A stretch of 63,778 bases of DNA, the filler included, from Circinaria calcarea (lineage: Eukaryota): NCBI GenBank assembly GCA_051942165.1. It is 54 parts of 54 records of this genome, joined end to end, with 100 filler letters (N's around TTAATTAATTAA, not from the genome) between each part and the next. Parts side by side here need not be neighbours in the genome. Positions count along the whole stretch, not along the records: positions 11,967 to 13,059 come from JAVECS010005338.1; positions 13,160 to 14,247 come from JAVECS010005339.1; positions 14,348 to 15,435 come from JAVECS010005340.1; positions 15,536 to 16,622 come from JAVECS010005341.1; positions 16,723 to 17,809 come from JAVECS010005342.1; positions 17,910 to 18,996 come from JAVECS010005343.1; positions 19,097 to 20,183 come from JAVECS010005344.1; positions 20,284 to 21,369 come from JAVECS010005345.1; 46 more parts are not named here. One strand, written 5' to 3'. Below, in pieces: positions 11,967-23,221 of this stretch (its first letter is position 1; each line of letters begins with the position of its first letter). The notes beneath the pieces are model-generated. The model saw nothing but the letters and a program-made list of their open reading frames with translations. It searched no databases and had not been told where the DNA came from. The position numbers were made by a program, and so were the translations under genes.

Positions 11967-12664
11967 ACCTCGTATTTTCAACTACTTCTTACATTGGCTC
12001 TACCATGATACGTTCACAACGCCAAACAACGCCCACCTCGTAAGCTACTGCGAGCTGGTAGAGCTCTATTACATCGGAGAAGAATTCCAGGCTGTGTTAC
12101 TAAAAAAATGCCGTCTTAGACTGTATGGTCAGAGAGTCCGTATCGCACGAGAAACCGCTCCCTACAAGTTTAACCGACAGGGTCTATGCGATCACACAAC
12201 CCGCATCTCCTCTGAGGAGACTGTGGGTTGATCTATATGTCTGGACAGTACCCTTCGACGAGTTTGAGCAGCACCTAGAATTAGGCACCTTGCCCCAGAA
12301 CTTCCCCCAGAACTTCTCCGAGGACCTCAGCCGCGTACTCTTCCAGAATCCTCGTGCATCAACCTTGGGTGAACCAGCCGTACCTCCTTTTTGGAATAAC
12401 ATTTCTTCATATCATGAGGCCGATGTTCTGACTGGGGACTGCTGCATCCGCCCACAATTCCAAGGCGGAGGAGAGAAACACCATGCACATATCAAGGATA
12501 GGGTTGAGGCTCTAAAGGCCGAACTCTCCCAGTTAGAGGCTAAGACTCAAAGCTTGAAGTCTTGGCGAGAGGGGAAGCTTGAAGATCTCAATATGGGTTT
12601 ACCACCAAGGGCGCCAGCTGCGGGAAAGAAAAGGAAGTTGTTTCATGAGCAAGACACTGACTGA
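11967..12664 (+). CDS. BTB/POZ-type fungal protein, C-terminal part, with a frameshift in an A7 run near 12102-12108
   Basis: 'PRIFNYFLHWLY...LVELYYIGEEFQAVLLK' continues in another frame as 'NAVLDCMV...SPLRRLWVDLY'. Confidence 0.7.
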
Positions 12665-12740
12665 AAATCAGCTTTGCGATATTGTCGTGTGAGTTTGATG
12701 GCTTAAATGGGTTTGAATGGCTTGTGCTCTCGGGAAAGAC

Positions 12741-13059
12741 TCAAGTATTCTGCTTTCGCTCCTTCTTTTGTTTCTTGCGTTGTCTCTCCGCCAAAACCTC
12801 ATCGAGATAGTTGCCAGCTTTCCGCGGCCGACTCCCAAGCTCCGTTTGACCGGACTCGATCGCTTTCGATCTGCCCGTACCGCTTGCAGTTTCTCCCAAT
12901 GACTGCTCATTGCCTTGCCTCCTTCGCTTCGACTTTCCCACCGTCGTTCTCCCGCCCTCGTCTTCATCCTCCTCCTGCACCTCATCCTCCACCGAACGCT
13001 TTGCGGCGATCGGTCGTGGTTTACTCCCCGGCACGACCCCTCCCGAACTAAGCTTCCCC
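12741..13059 (-). CDS. Conserved fungal basic protein C-terminus (DUF3245-like)
   Basis: 'EDEDEGGRTTVGK' and 'NYLDEVLAERQRKKQKK' motifs. Confidence 0.55.
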
Positions 13060-13441
13060 NNNNNNNNNNNNNNNNNNNNNNNNNNNNNNNNNNNNNNNNN
13101 NNNTTAATTAATTAANNNNNNNNNNNNNNNNNNNNNNNNNNNNNNNNNNNNNNNNNNNNCCTTAAGTGCATGCAATTTAAGATTATAACATTAACTAATT
13201 CTCAGCTTAATTTTTCCTCAGAATCAAATTTTTTTTCTTTCTATATTCTTCATCAATAAAATATTGCCTGTCAGCCAGAATCTCACTGCACGCAAATATA
13301 TAGCAGGTTGTCGATATTGGTCGTAGCTTGAGGGGTATTTTTAAAGGAATGGTAAGGACGTTCGTGATGAGACTCGAACCCACGAACTGTCGCGTAAAAC
13401 CCCGCACCCCCCTCAGCGTACGGGGAAACCGCGCAGTTCGG

Positions 13442-14039
13442 CCCGAAGGAGGGTGCCAGAAATAGTGAGACTTCCGTACACCCTTATATAACCATTCTTC
13501 TTTTATCCATTACGCAGTCATTTAATATATGTAACTTTAATAAAATAGTTTAGGATCAAGACCATCACTCGGCAAAACTATTATATTGAAAATAATTCAA
13601 CAGTTCTTTTTCCTGCGCGACGTATAAGCGAAATACGCCTGTTAATACCCTACGCCGTCAGCGTTTATTTTGCGACGTAAAGATTTACGCAAACAAAATC
13701 AGTTGTAAAGATTTATTTAAAACTCTGGATATATCTTAAATTACAAGGCTATTATGTCCTTAAACTGAAAAACCAATATTACAATAAAAGGCTTTATAAT
13801 TAAGACTGAAAGTAAAGGTTTAAGAATCGCGGGTTGATTGTTAACGCGCGCGAATTGCGACTTGCAGTTAAGAAGAAATCAGATAAAATCACTTTAGGTG
13901 AGATTAATAGATTAATCCCTATTATAACTGACAGCATCAAGTCTGTAAATCAAGAGTATGATTACTGACGGGGTGGTGAATATAGATAGATAATTGCGTT
14001 TGGGACGGAATTCTCACTATTTCTGGCACCATCCTTCGG
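13442..14039. repeat. 35-bp inverted repeat pair (about 13443-13477 and 14005-14039) around an AT-rich core
   Basis: ACGGAA(G/T)TCTCACTATTTCTGGCACC(C/A)TCCTTCGG on opposite strands, 2 mismatches. Confidence 0.8.
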
Positions 14040-14347
14040 TCTACCGTGGATGAGAAGGGAGCAAAAAGCGGCGTCAAAAGGCGCCAGATTCGGGGTCCGT
14101 TTCACACAGATACACCGCACGGTTGGATGATAAAGGTCTTCGAGGGCGAGAGCTCACCGCCTATCCCCGGTTACCATCTGCAGCCGCAGCAGCCGAAAAG
14201 GTCCAAGCACCTCGACGCCTTCTCTCAGTTGTGATAAATGATAAGGANNNNNNNNNNNNNNNNNNNNNNNNNNNNNNNNNNNNNNNNNNNNTTAATTAAT
14301 TAANNNNNNNNNNNNNNNNNNNNNNNNNNNNNNNNNNNNNNNNNNNN

Positions 14348-15151
14348 GTGGCTCCACCTACAGGATGGCCCTTCCCCGACTCAAACAATCCCAACGGGTC
14401 TGGTGTGAACGTATCCAGGTACTATTTCATCATTCTCGGTGTCGTCATCCTGATCTTCTTGATCTCGGGCTGGTTCCTTATCCGGAAACGGGTACAACAG
14501 AATACTCAAGCTCGGGCGGGTGGTGGACAAACTGCAAGTAGAGCAGGCGGGGACCCTGATGCGCGCCGTTGGACTACGGGTAGATGGAGATTAACACCGG
14601 CGAGGTTGGAGGAAGGATTGAACGAAAGAGGAGAAGCTCCGCCACCGTACATACCAGGCCAGTCACCACCTCCCGCAGTACACGTTGACGGCGTAATACG
14701 TCACCCTGTCACGGGCGAACCTATTCCACTAGAGGATCTGTCCGGGAAACCGCCAGATTACGATGGTCGCTCGAGTTCCGAGGAGGACCTCAATCTGACC
14801 AGGCCTAGACCAACCTACGCAGCGCCGGACCGATCGGAAGCTAGGAGAAATTTACTTGGGAGTACTGAGAGTTCGGAAGAGAGTACAGGAGCCGGGATAC
14901 CTGGCACCTCTGAAGGGTCTCAGATGCGAAGAATTGACGAGATGGGACACGATTCTACGACGGGGGCACATGAAATGCCTGAGGTGCCTGAGATGAACAG
15001 CAATGAGGGACATACGGAGATGCAAGGAACGAAGACCGAGGCAACCCTTCACGGCCCAGAAACCATCCCATCAAAGCCTGAAGGTCCATCAGAGGAGCCC
15101 TCGACCATTCCTCCGAAACACGAGGGAGCAAGTCCCCCAGGTCCGACGTAA
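14348..15151 (+). CDS. Single-pass membrane protein with PY motifs (5' partial)
   Basis: TM helix 'YYFIILGVVILIFLISGWFLI', then 'EEGLNERGEAPPPY' and 'PPDY'. Confidence 0.75.
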   Translation: MAPPTGWPFPDSNNPNGSGVNVSRYYFIILGVVILIFLISGWFLIRKRVQQNTQARAGGGQTASRAGGDPDARRWTTGRWRLTPARLEEGLNERGEAPPPYIPGQSPPPAVHVDGVIRHPVTGEPIPLEDLSGKPPDYDGRSSSEEDLNLTRPRPTYAAPDRSEARRNLLGSTESSEESTGAGIPGTSEGSQMRRIDEMGHDSTTGAHEMPEVPEMNSNEGHTEMQGTKTEATLHGPETIPSKPEGPSEEPSTIPPKHEGASPPGPT

Positions 15152-15540
15152 AATCCCCCCCCCCCACCAAGAGTAGTCATGTTTCCCTTCTGTATAATAT
15201 TTTCCCGGCAAAGCGTGGCGTTGGGCAGGACAAACAATCCGACACAGCTAGCAAGCGAAGAGAAGCTTTTTTGCTTATTCTAGCTTTCAAAAGGAAAGAA
15301 GGTTTTCCTGCACATGTCTTTCGAAAACCACTTTTTGTAGCGGGCAAATTAGATACCCCTTGGCGTTTTCTGTAAGGGGGAAGAAAAATAGAAATTCTCC
15401 ATCGTTCTTTCATTTTCTGCCCTGTCCGACGAAACNNNNNNNNNNNNNNNNNNNNNNNNNNNNNNNNNNNNNNNNNNNNTTAATTAATTAANNNNNNNNN
15501 NNNNNNNNNNNNNNNNNNNNNNNNNNNNNNNNNNNCTTTA

Positions 15541-16255
15541 GGAGATGAAAAAAACTCCGATAAATACCCCGATAAATATCCTAACACTACTCAGATAGAA
15601 AGAGTATCTCAGCGAAATCTACGAACGTATAGAAAATCCTGTCCACAAGCCACGGCAATTCCTTCGCGCAATATACACGAATCGATATTTCTCTCGCACG
15701 TACTCAAGAACAAGAAATCCGCATCATCGCTGCCTTGTTGAAATGGTCGATAAATCAATATACAGGGAAAAAACCAACATGTGTTTCTGGAGCCGTGAGA
15801 AAGTGGTAAATGATAAAAGGGGGATATACATCTTGCAGGATGTATACAACTGCTGAAAACAGCGTATTCTTTAAAAGAGATTGAAGAAACTCCAAAAAAC
15901 ACCCCGATGAATATCTTAAGAGTACTCAGGCAAAGCATCTCAGCAGAACCACGAATACATAAAATCCTGCCCATAAGCCACGCCAATTCTTTCGCTCAAT
16001 ATACGAATCAGTTATTCTCGGACATACTCAAGAAGAAGAAATCCACATCATCGTTGCCTTGCTGGAATGGTTGGCAAACCAGTAAATAGGGGAAAAACCA
16101 ATGTGTGTTTTTGAAGCTGCGAGAGAGTGTATATAATAAAAGGGGGGTCCCATGCCATGCGAGATATATATCGCTGCTGGAGGCAAGTGGTATCCTTTAA
16201 GAGATGGAGAAATCCAGAAAACACCCCGATGAACAATCCCCAGAAACTCAGGGAA
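15541..16255. repeat. Degenerate ~335-bp tandem repeat (two copies plus the start of a third)
   Basis: Colinear blocks ACCCCGAT, TACTCAG, AAAATCCTG, TACTCAAGAA.AAGAAATCC.CATCATCG recur in units starting near 15541, 15878 and 16200. Confidence 0.8.
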
Positions 16256-16927
16256 GATAAGCACGAAGCAAAAACACCCCTCAAAGACAGCAACAACTAT
16301 CAAAGCACCAAGAGGGCGCATTTGCCCCCCCCGACTGGAAAATCCTCATATTATAAAACGAAACAGCAACAAAACAGTCGACTTTATTAAACCCCCTCCC
16401 AACCCCCCCGGAGCAACGGGTAAAAAAAAGCGAGTCAAGGGGATAGATACCCAATGAATCCCTCCCGGAACTTCTCACTCCGCTTCGATTTCCCGTACGA
16501 GGGGGGAAGGGAGGAAACTACGATAAGAAACTTCGATCCAAAATCCCATCCATCCGGTCCGGTAAAAAGAACGCCCCAGGGGGTACCTTGGGTGAAGAAG
16601 GCCGAGCAATATACAGTAAAACNNNNNNNNNNNNNNNNNNNNNNNNNNNNNNNNNNNNNNNNNNNNTTAATTAATTAANNNNNNNNNNNNNNNNNNNNNN
16701 NNNNNNNNNNNNNNNNNNNNNNGATATATTTTTATATATAAAAAAATCTAGAATTAATTTATAATAATTACCCCCTTTTAAAAAATATTAGCGTTTATAT
16801 TAATAATAATAATATATTTAATATTATTTTATATATATATTTTCCTTCTATATAATAATGACTTTATGCGGTTAAGAATTTATTGAATTATAATAGATCT
16901 ATTCTTTATATCCCGTGTATTTTTCCT

Positions 16928-17650
16928 CTATGGCTTGTCCAGTTGGCGGCGGCGGCGTGTAAGCGGCGGCGGAAACTGCGGAATATATGTTATAATGGTG
17001 GCGGAAGGCGCTCTAGTGGCGGAATAGTGGGCGGAGTGGCGTAGTTGGCGTAGGTGGGCGAAAAGCCGATTTTTGGAAGTGAATTGGGCGTGGCATGTAC
17101 GGCATGTATGAAAGGTTGAATCGCGAGTCGAATTGGAAGCTGAAATGGGCGTGTTTATGCTGGTGTTCGCAACCGGGTTGCCGTGTGTTCGGCATGCCGA
17201 AATGGAGATGTGTTGGCCACGTATAGTGGGCTTGTATGCATACGTGCTATGCATATGCTGCTTAACAGCCTCATTGCCACTAATTCCATGCTTTTTTGCC
17301 ATTCCTTCGCTGCACACTGATGTTGGTGCTGTCGTAGCGGAGCGCTCGGAGGCAGTATCGCTGTCGTATTCGCTGGCGGAGTCGCTGCATGCTGATTCAG
17401 GGGTCGAAAATGCCTGTTCCGGGTATGGCGGAATTGGTGTAGGTTCCGTAGATGGCGGAGGTGCTTGTTTCGTGCATGGCGGAGCCTCTTCTCTTATATC
17501 CGGCGGCGTGCTATGCCTTTCGAGGTATTTTTATACTACACGTTCCTGCCATTGCTATCGTGTCATGCTACCCCCTATAAGGTATGGAAATGAACGTATT
17601 CTTGCTACCTCTTTTGCCACTATTTCTGCTGCCTTTTTTACTGCATAATA
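16928..17650 (-). pseudogene. C2H2 zinc-finger-bearing remnant, probably transposon-derived, in RIP-like AT-rich flanks
   Basis: 'CRTCHAQFTSKNRLFAHLRQLRH'; both flanks extremely AT- and TpA-rich. Confidence 0.5.
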
Positions 17651-18586
17651 ATCATCGAATAATTAATTAACCTCACGTTTTTCGTAATATTCCTAGCGTT
17701 GGTTAAATATACGTTTTAGACTTAATACGCGTTAATAATTTAAACGAAGCCTTAAATATTTTTTAATAATATATTAATTAAAAGCCACGTATCGAGATAT
17801 ATATTATATNNNNNNNNNNNNNNNNNNNNNNNNNNNNNNNNNNNNNNNNNNNNTTAATTAATTAANNNNNNNNNNNNNNNNNNNNNNNNNNNNNNNNNNN
17901 NNNNNNNNNGGATTAGGTTGGAGGGGGGGAGGGTTCCATGGTAGTTTAGTTTGGTAGGGGGTTTTTCTTGGAGCTTTTCCCTTTCTCCGCCGTACCACAT
18001 GTGTCCTGTGTAAAACTCTCTAGAAAATGCCCCCTCCCCCCCCCGGAAGAACCTCCTGGACTTTTTTTCCCGCCTTAGGGAAGGGACTTTCAAGTCAACT
18101 TGACTCCTGAAATTCAATAAACGAGAACCTGGCCGTGGAGAAAAGTCAATAAAACGGAAGAGACTACCTGTGTCAGAGGTTGAGGGAGATTTGACCCGAG
18201 CCGGGGGTTTGGTTTGGCAAGAGGGAGAGGAGAGGCATTGGATTATTTTCCATTCTGGATCCATTGCGGTCATCTTTGAGAGGGGGAGGGGATTGACTAA
18301 GAAAGAGGAACGGGTCGGGAGGGTGGTTTTGGGGTATGTGCAAGGGGAGTAGTACGGTGGGTATCGATATATCATATAGTTCTTGGGTGTCTTGTCTATT
18401 GCGTTTGATAGCAAGGTGGACTACATGATAAGCTCCAACTCCCATGAGCCCTTCCAACGTCCCAAGTCCCAGCTCACACGTAGTTTCTTATCCTACTGTC
18501 GGTAACGTCGCATACCTTCTCTTGTTACCCAGAACTTACGGCCCTGATAATTTGCGGCGAGTAGTTGGTCCCGGTTCCGGTCTCAT

Positions 18587-18982
18587 TTAGCCGGAAAAGT
18601 TGGGATCGTCTAGTATTTGTTCGAGGATATGGCGAGGGTCCCTCTTGTCATTCTGGTCGTGCAAGTCCCACGCCAGAAATCGTCGAGCAGTTTCTTCCTA
18701 TAGCAGGGGGGTTAGTATGAAAGTTGCCACCGACACAAAGAAAACCGTACATCTTCATCAGCTTCTTGTGATTCTTCATCTGTCAGCCGCGTGCAAGCTT
18801 CCACCAGGTCTCCGCCTCGTACACCTAGGATAATCAGCTCGTCTGCTCTTTCAATAATCGATTTGTCGATCCCGTTCATTGCTGCGCAGCTATGTAGACA
18901 GTCAGATTATAGAGCTCAACGGAACAACATGGGATCACTCACAGGGTGCCGTAACTCGATGTACTTCGTCCAGCTCGGAAAC
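18587..18982 (-). CDS. MSH5: MutS homolog 5, last three exons
   Basis: Spliced translation [45 protein letters not shown]...EETARRFLAWDL...*; two GT-AG introns; absent from the supplied ORF track. Confidence 0.8.
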
Positions 18983-19096
18983 TACTTTCCAGTCAANNNN
19001 NNNNNNNNNNNNNNNNNNNNNNNNNNNNNNNNNNNNNNNNTTAATTAATTAANNNNNNNNNNNNNNNNNNNNNNNNNNNNNNNNNNNNNNNNNNNN

Positions 19097-19873
19097 ACGC
19101 TGAGCAGTGTTCTTTCGAGGAGATTGCCGTGCCATGTTACTCCCAGATCTCTGCCTGCTTTGGCATCTTTCATCAGAATCCTGCATAGAAATCTGCTCTA
19201 AGGGCCCGGTATTCTGCAGCTCAGACTTTTGAGGCGACTGAATGGAAGCTGCCGAATGAAGGCCTGAGGAACCCCCGATTAAGACTGGGACAGCTGAGAG
19301 CTTCGGTGAAGAGGCAAGCTCGAGTAGTTGCGCAGGGGGCAATTTAAGAACCTCCTTCCCACCGTTTCTTTGGTCTTGATTAGCGTCCAAAGGCAGCCTT
19401 TCAACGGTGTTGTTCTCTATCTGCGTCCTTTTGTCCACAACCTCTCTCCTGTTGTCTTGTAGCCCCGATGTAAGCAGGGGGCTTGCGCCATTCGTTCTCT
19501 CTTCCATTGCTTGTGTTCCATTTTGAGTTGTTCCCGTGTCCCGGTTGTTCTGGGCATGTGCTGCTAAGCCTGCTTCTTTATGCCACCGATGACCCTCGTT
19601 TCCCTCCGCTGGAGACAGCTCTAAGGCCGGATGCTGTCGATGAAGCTGTCGCGGACTGATCTTTGAACTTCCATATTGTACCTCTCCCTCGGTCTGGCCA
19701 ACCACAGACCCGTCCTGCCGGGGGGGTTCCTGATAGTCTCTATCATTTCGAGAGCTTTCGGTTGAGTATAATCCAGATTGATCATGGCTATTGTGCAGAC
19801 TATGCGGCATACCCATTCCTTTATTAGATCCTAGGATGTGTGCATTGTCGGTGGTGGTCGAAAGCTTGACCAC
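19097..19873 (-). CDS. Hypothetical protein, disordered N-terminus (3' partial)
   Basis: ~260 aa open frame running off the contig; no family recognised. Confidence 0.55.
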
Positions 19874-20283
19874 TCGTGTGTAAATGAAAGCTGGCCTGGC
19901 ACCGTATATTCCGTATTTTGCGGTGCAGCCATTTTATCTATTGGCTCGTCGGGTCTTCATTCGATGAAGCGGCAGATAAGCCCTGTGGTAGGGCTAGTAC
20001 ATTACAACTCAGCTAGGGTCAATATAACCACGGCATGGAATTAGCATACATAAACCTAACTCTGCAAGTACCATACATTCAATAGTAGCGACAATAGTAC
20101 TAGTCCAAACCTAAGTGATGCTTTAGTAGATTATCAAGACCCTAATAGGCATGAAGGATAAATCTCACTATCCTATCTATGTANNNNNNNNNNNNNNNNN
20201 NNNNNNNNNNNNNNNNNNNNNNNNNNNTTAATTAATTAANNNNNNNNNNNNNNNNNNNNNNNNNNNNNNNNNNNNNNNNNNNN

Positions 20284-20679
20284 GTAAGTTTTTTGACAAG
20301 CGGTACATGATCTCTCGAACGAAGCTTTGGCGGCTGCAGCAGAGGAAGTTGCTTGGGCGCTGAGTACCTTCTCTGCAAAGGTTTCCGACGACAACGGAGG
20401 CAAAGACGCAACTCTTCGTTTTAGATTATAGCGACTCGAAAAGTTTTAGTACAGATGGATTCTCTAAGGATTTAAACGTACTGCCAATCACTACGCATGT
20501 GGCCCCGTTGTAGTTCACTACTCCTAAAAGCAACCTGACAGCTATTACACTATCGAATGTTAGCCGGGCCTCACAGGTAACAGACAAATCGGTTCGTTTA
20601 AACGCACAGTAAACGGATGTGAGTATGCGGTGCTGGAGGCATCGTGCGGAGCCGGCCGATTCGCTGTCACGGTGGCCAT
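20284..20679 (-). CDS. REI1: Pre-60S ribosome maturation factor Rei1/Reh1 (ZNF622), 5' exons
   Basis: Spliced: HPFT|CNSCQVAFRSSELQRGHMRSDWH|RYNLKRRVASLPPLSSETFAEKV...CTACQKT. Confidence 0.9.
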
Positions 20680-21054
20680 GGTCTCGTTTTGCTGGGATGG
20701 AGGAGGGAATGGAAAATGTCGACGATACAGCAGAAAGATACCAACAAAAACTCGAGAATAAGGAGGTTGAAAGGTAACCTAGACGATGAGTGATGATACG
20801 TTGCAAGTGACTCGGGATGAGAGGCAAATGGAGAAACGAAGAGTCTGAGTTTCAAGAAGTCAGAGTGAAACCAACACATTTTCGGCTTCCGGCGACTGGT
20901 AGCGGATGACGTTGCCAAGAGGGGCTAGCAGGGAATACGGAGGTGGCTGGAGCTTAAATTTTTAGACTTCATGTACCTGCGCTCGACCAACTACTCAACC
21001 ACATATTGCTCTACAGACCAACTGTTCCTCGCTGAGGACTTCTATGGGAGGGAG

Positions 21055-21369
21055 ATGACTGGAAGTCTGGGTACTTTCTCGACCCTGGAAAGTCCTCCAT
21101 CACGGGTCCGCAATGTCTCGAAGGAGGTCGATGCAGCAAGGAGAATACTCCTCAAGGATACTATTCACTTAGACAGTCCTGCAAACTTATACGCCGCCAG
21201 AGCCCTTGGGCGCCGCAATCTTTTCCAGAGTCTCTTCAATAGGTACTTCCGGCAAATCCGCTATGGCTGTCAAAATATTCATTGTGAGACTCCAACTTGC
21301 CTCAGTTGCCAGAAGCGACTGGCACAAGGTCCATTTCGGCGACTTACAACGCTCAGTGCGCGGACATTG
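21055..21369 (+). CDS. AZUL zinc-binding domain, N-terminus of a probable HECT E3 ubiquitin ligase
   Basis: 'RYFRQIRYGCQNIHCETPTCLSC' fits the AZUL CX4CX4CX2C pattern. Confidence 0.8.
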
Positions 21370-21469
21370 NNNNNNNNNNNNNNNNNNNNNNNNNNNNNNN
21401 NNNNNNNNNNNNNTTAATTAATTAANNNNNNNNNNNNNNNNNNNNNNNNNNNNNNNNNNNNNNNNNNNN

Positions 21470-22030
21470 CTGACCTCCAGAGCCATCATAGTGCACATCT
21501 ATCCTCTGTTGGCTGCAGGATGTGAAGCCGCCAGTGCGGAGGATCGGACCTGGGTCGAAGATAGATGGAACGCCATGTCACAACGAATGCTTATCGGTAA
21601 CATTGATCGATGTTTGGAGGTAGTCAAGGAGGTGTGGGCACGACGGAACGGGTACGAGGCAGAAAGGGTTCGAGAACGTCGACGCGCCGCTCTTCGAACT
21701 CAACCAGGCTATCCGTCTCCAGTGCCCGGCTTAAAGAGGGCACTCAGTGCGGAGGAAGAAAGTGCCATGGCATTTTTTGATTGGCAGGAAGGCTTTGGAG
21801 GTCTCAAGAGAGCTGCGACGGTGGGCGAGGATGGTCAGCCGGAGCCGGTGCGGGTTCATCGGCGCAATAGATCGGCGGACATGGTCGAGGAGATTGAGTT
21901 GGAGAAGACGGTTAGAGGGGAATTACATTGGATTGGTGTTATGACGGATTGGAAATGGGAAGGTAAGGTTCTTTTATATTATGGCTACAGGTATTTGGGT
22001 GACTGACGTGAGGCAGTATTGCTCGGATGA
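21470..22030 (+). CDS. Fungal transcription factor C-terminus (Fungal_trans_2 / Acr-2-like)
   Basis: 'YPLLAAGCEA...RW..M...IGNIDRCLEVVKEVW' and terminal 'HWIGVMTDWKWE|VLLG*' across an intron at 21963-22016. Confidence 0.85.
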
Positions 22031-22444
22031 ACCTAGGCATCTAGGGGGAGGTGGCGTCCCTATTCAAACGGGTTGTTATAGGGTTCCAGTTGGTCGGGTT
22101 GGTTTGGTCGCTCTTGTCATGCTTTCCTATACCCCGAGTATCTCCGAGATCTCCGCCTTATTTTCATTCTTCCGGTATTCATTTGGTTTGGAAATATTAT
22201 CAGCGCAAGCGGTGGCGATTTCTAGGTGGAAGCATATAGCTGTTGTATCAGATTACGGCGGTTTGGATATCCACTCTTGTAATAGGACACGAATTTCCCT
22301 TTTTTTCCCCTTTGTTCTTGTAAAAGACTCGAAGCTTGGGCTTTACGGTTCTCTGGAAATTTTTTTGGTGCCCCCTTGATAATTCCCACATAGTCACTAC
22401 TAAGCGTTCGAGCCATGTTCTGCGTTCGAAACCCGGTTCTTGAG

Positions 22445-22555
22445 ATGGGAAATGGGAAATGGGAAATGGGAAATGGGAAATGGGAAATGGGAAATGGGAA
22501 ATGGGAAATGGGAAATGGGAAATGGGAAATGGGAAATGGGAAATGGGAAATGGGA
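22445..22555 (+). repeat. (ATGGGAA)n heptamer tandem array running off the contig end
   Basis: About 16 perfect units. Confidence 0.97.
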
Positions 22556-23005
22556 NNNNNNNNNNNNNNNNNNNNNNNNNNNNNNNNNNNNNNNNNNNNT
22601 TAATTAATTAANNNNNNNNNNNNNNNNNNNNNNNNNNNNNNNNNNNNNNNNNNNNTAATAGTGGCGGGGGTATAGTCAAGGAACCTGATGAGTCAACGCT
22701 CTGCCAGCCTTGAACGACTGCCACTTACAGCAACGGCCGCGCGCCCGGAGCCAGTGAATAACCTAATGAACATGGCTGGTCTATTAAATGCCTCAGCAAT
22801 GTCGAGAAAGTCAGATTTCAAAGCGCTGAGACACCCTGGAGAGTAACTGCGGCTGGGGTTCAGAGCTACCCTCCCACCAGATTTCAGCAGTCTAGGCAGC
22901 ATTTTCAATATTTATTGGACAGCAGAATATACTGTTTGTTCTCTTGTTTTCGATCAGCCGAAATCACTTCATACTCTGCTATCCAGCCATGAACCGTTGA
23001 CTGCT

Positions 23006-23221
23006 TCAAAGAGCCTGCCATTCCTCCATGCGAATCCCTGATTTATCCTGATACCCATATTTTACTGTCATCTCTGTGTCGCCTTCAACTGGAGGTTGAA
23101 ACCACGCTTCAGGAAACGTGGCCGCGTGCTTTTCCACAATGGATTTAAGGTGGTTAGGACACCCTGGTTTGGCTACCCAAGGCATATTGAAGTTGGAGTC
23201 GACAGCGAGGTCAGAATTCAT
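23006..23221 (-). pseudogene. Possible Mutator-like transposase N-terminal remnant
   Basis: 'CPNHLKSIV...FPEAWFQPPVEG' recalls N-termini of fungal MULE-derived ORFs; short and truncated. Confidence 0.25.

Noticed and set aside
22415..22603. ORF of GNGKWEM repeats / possible telomere
   Set aside because: Translation of a 7-bp DNA repeat; the motif matches neither TTAGGG nor TTTAGGG and lies close to an ordinary gene
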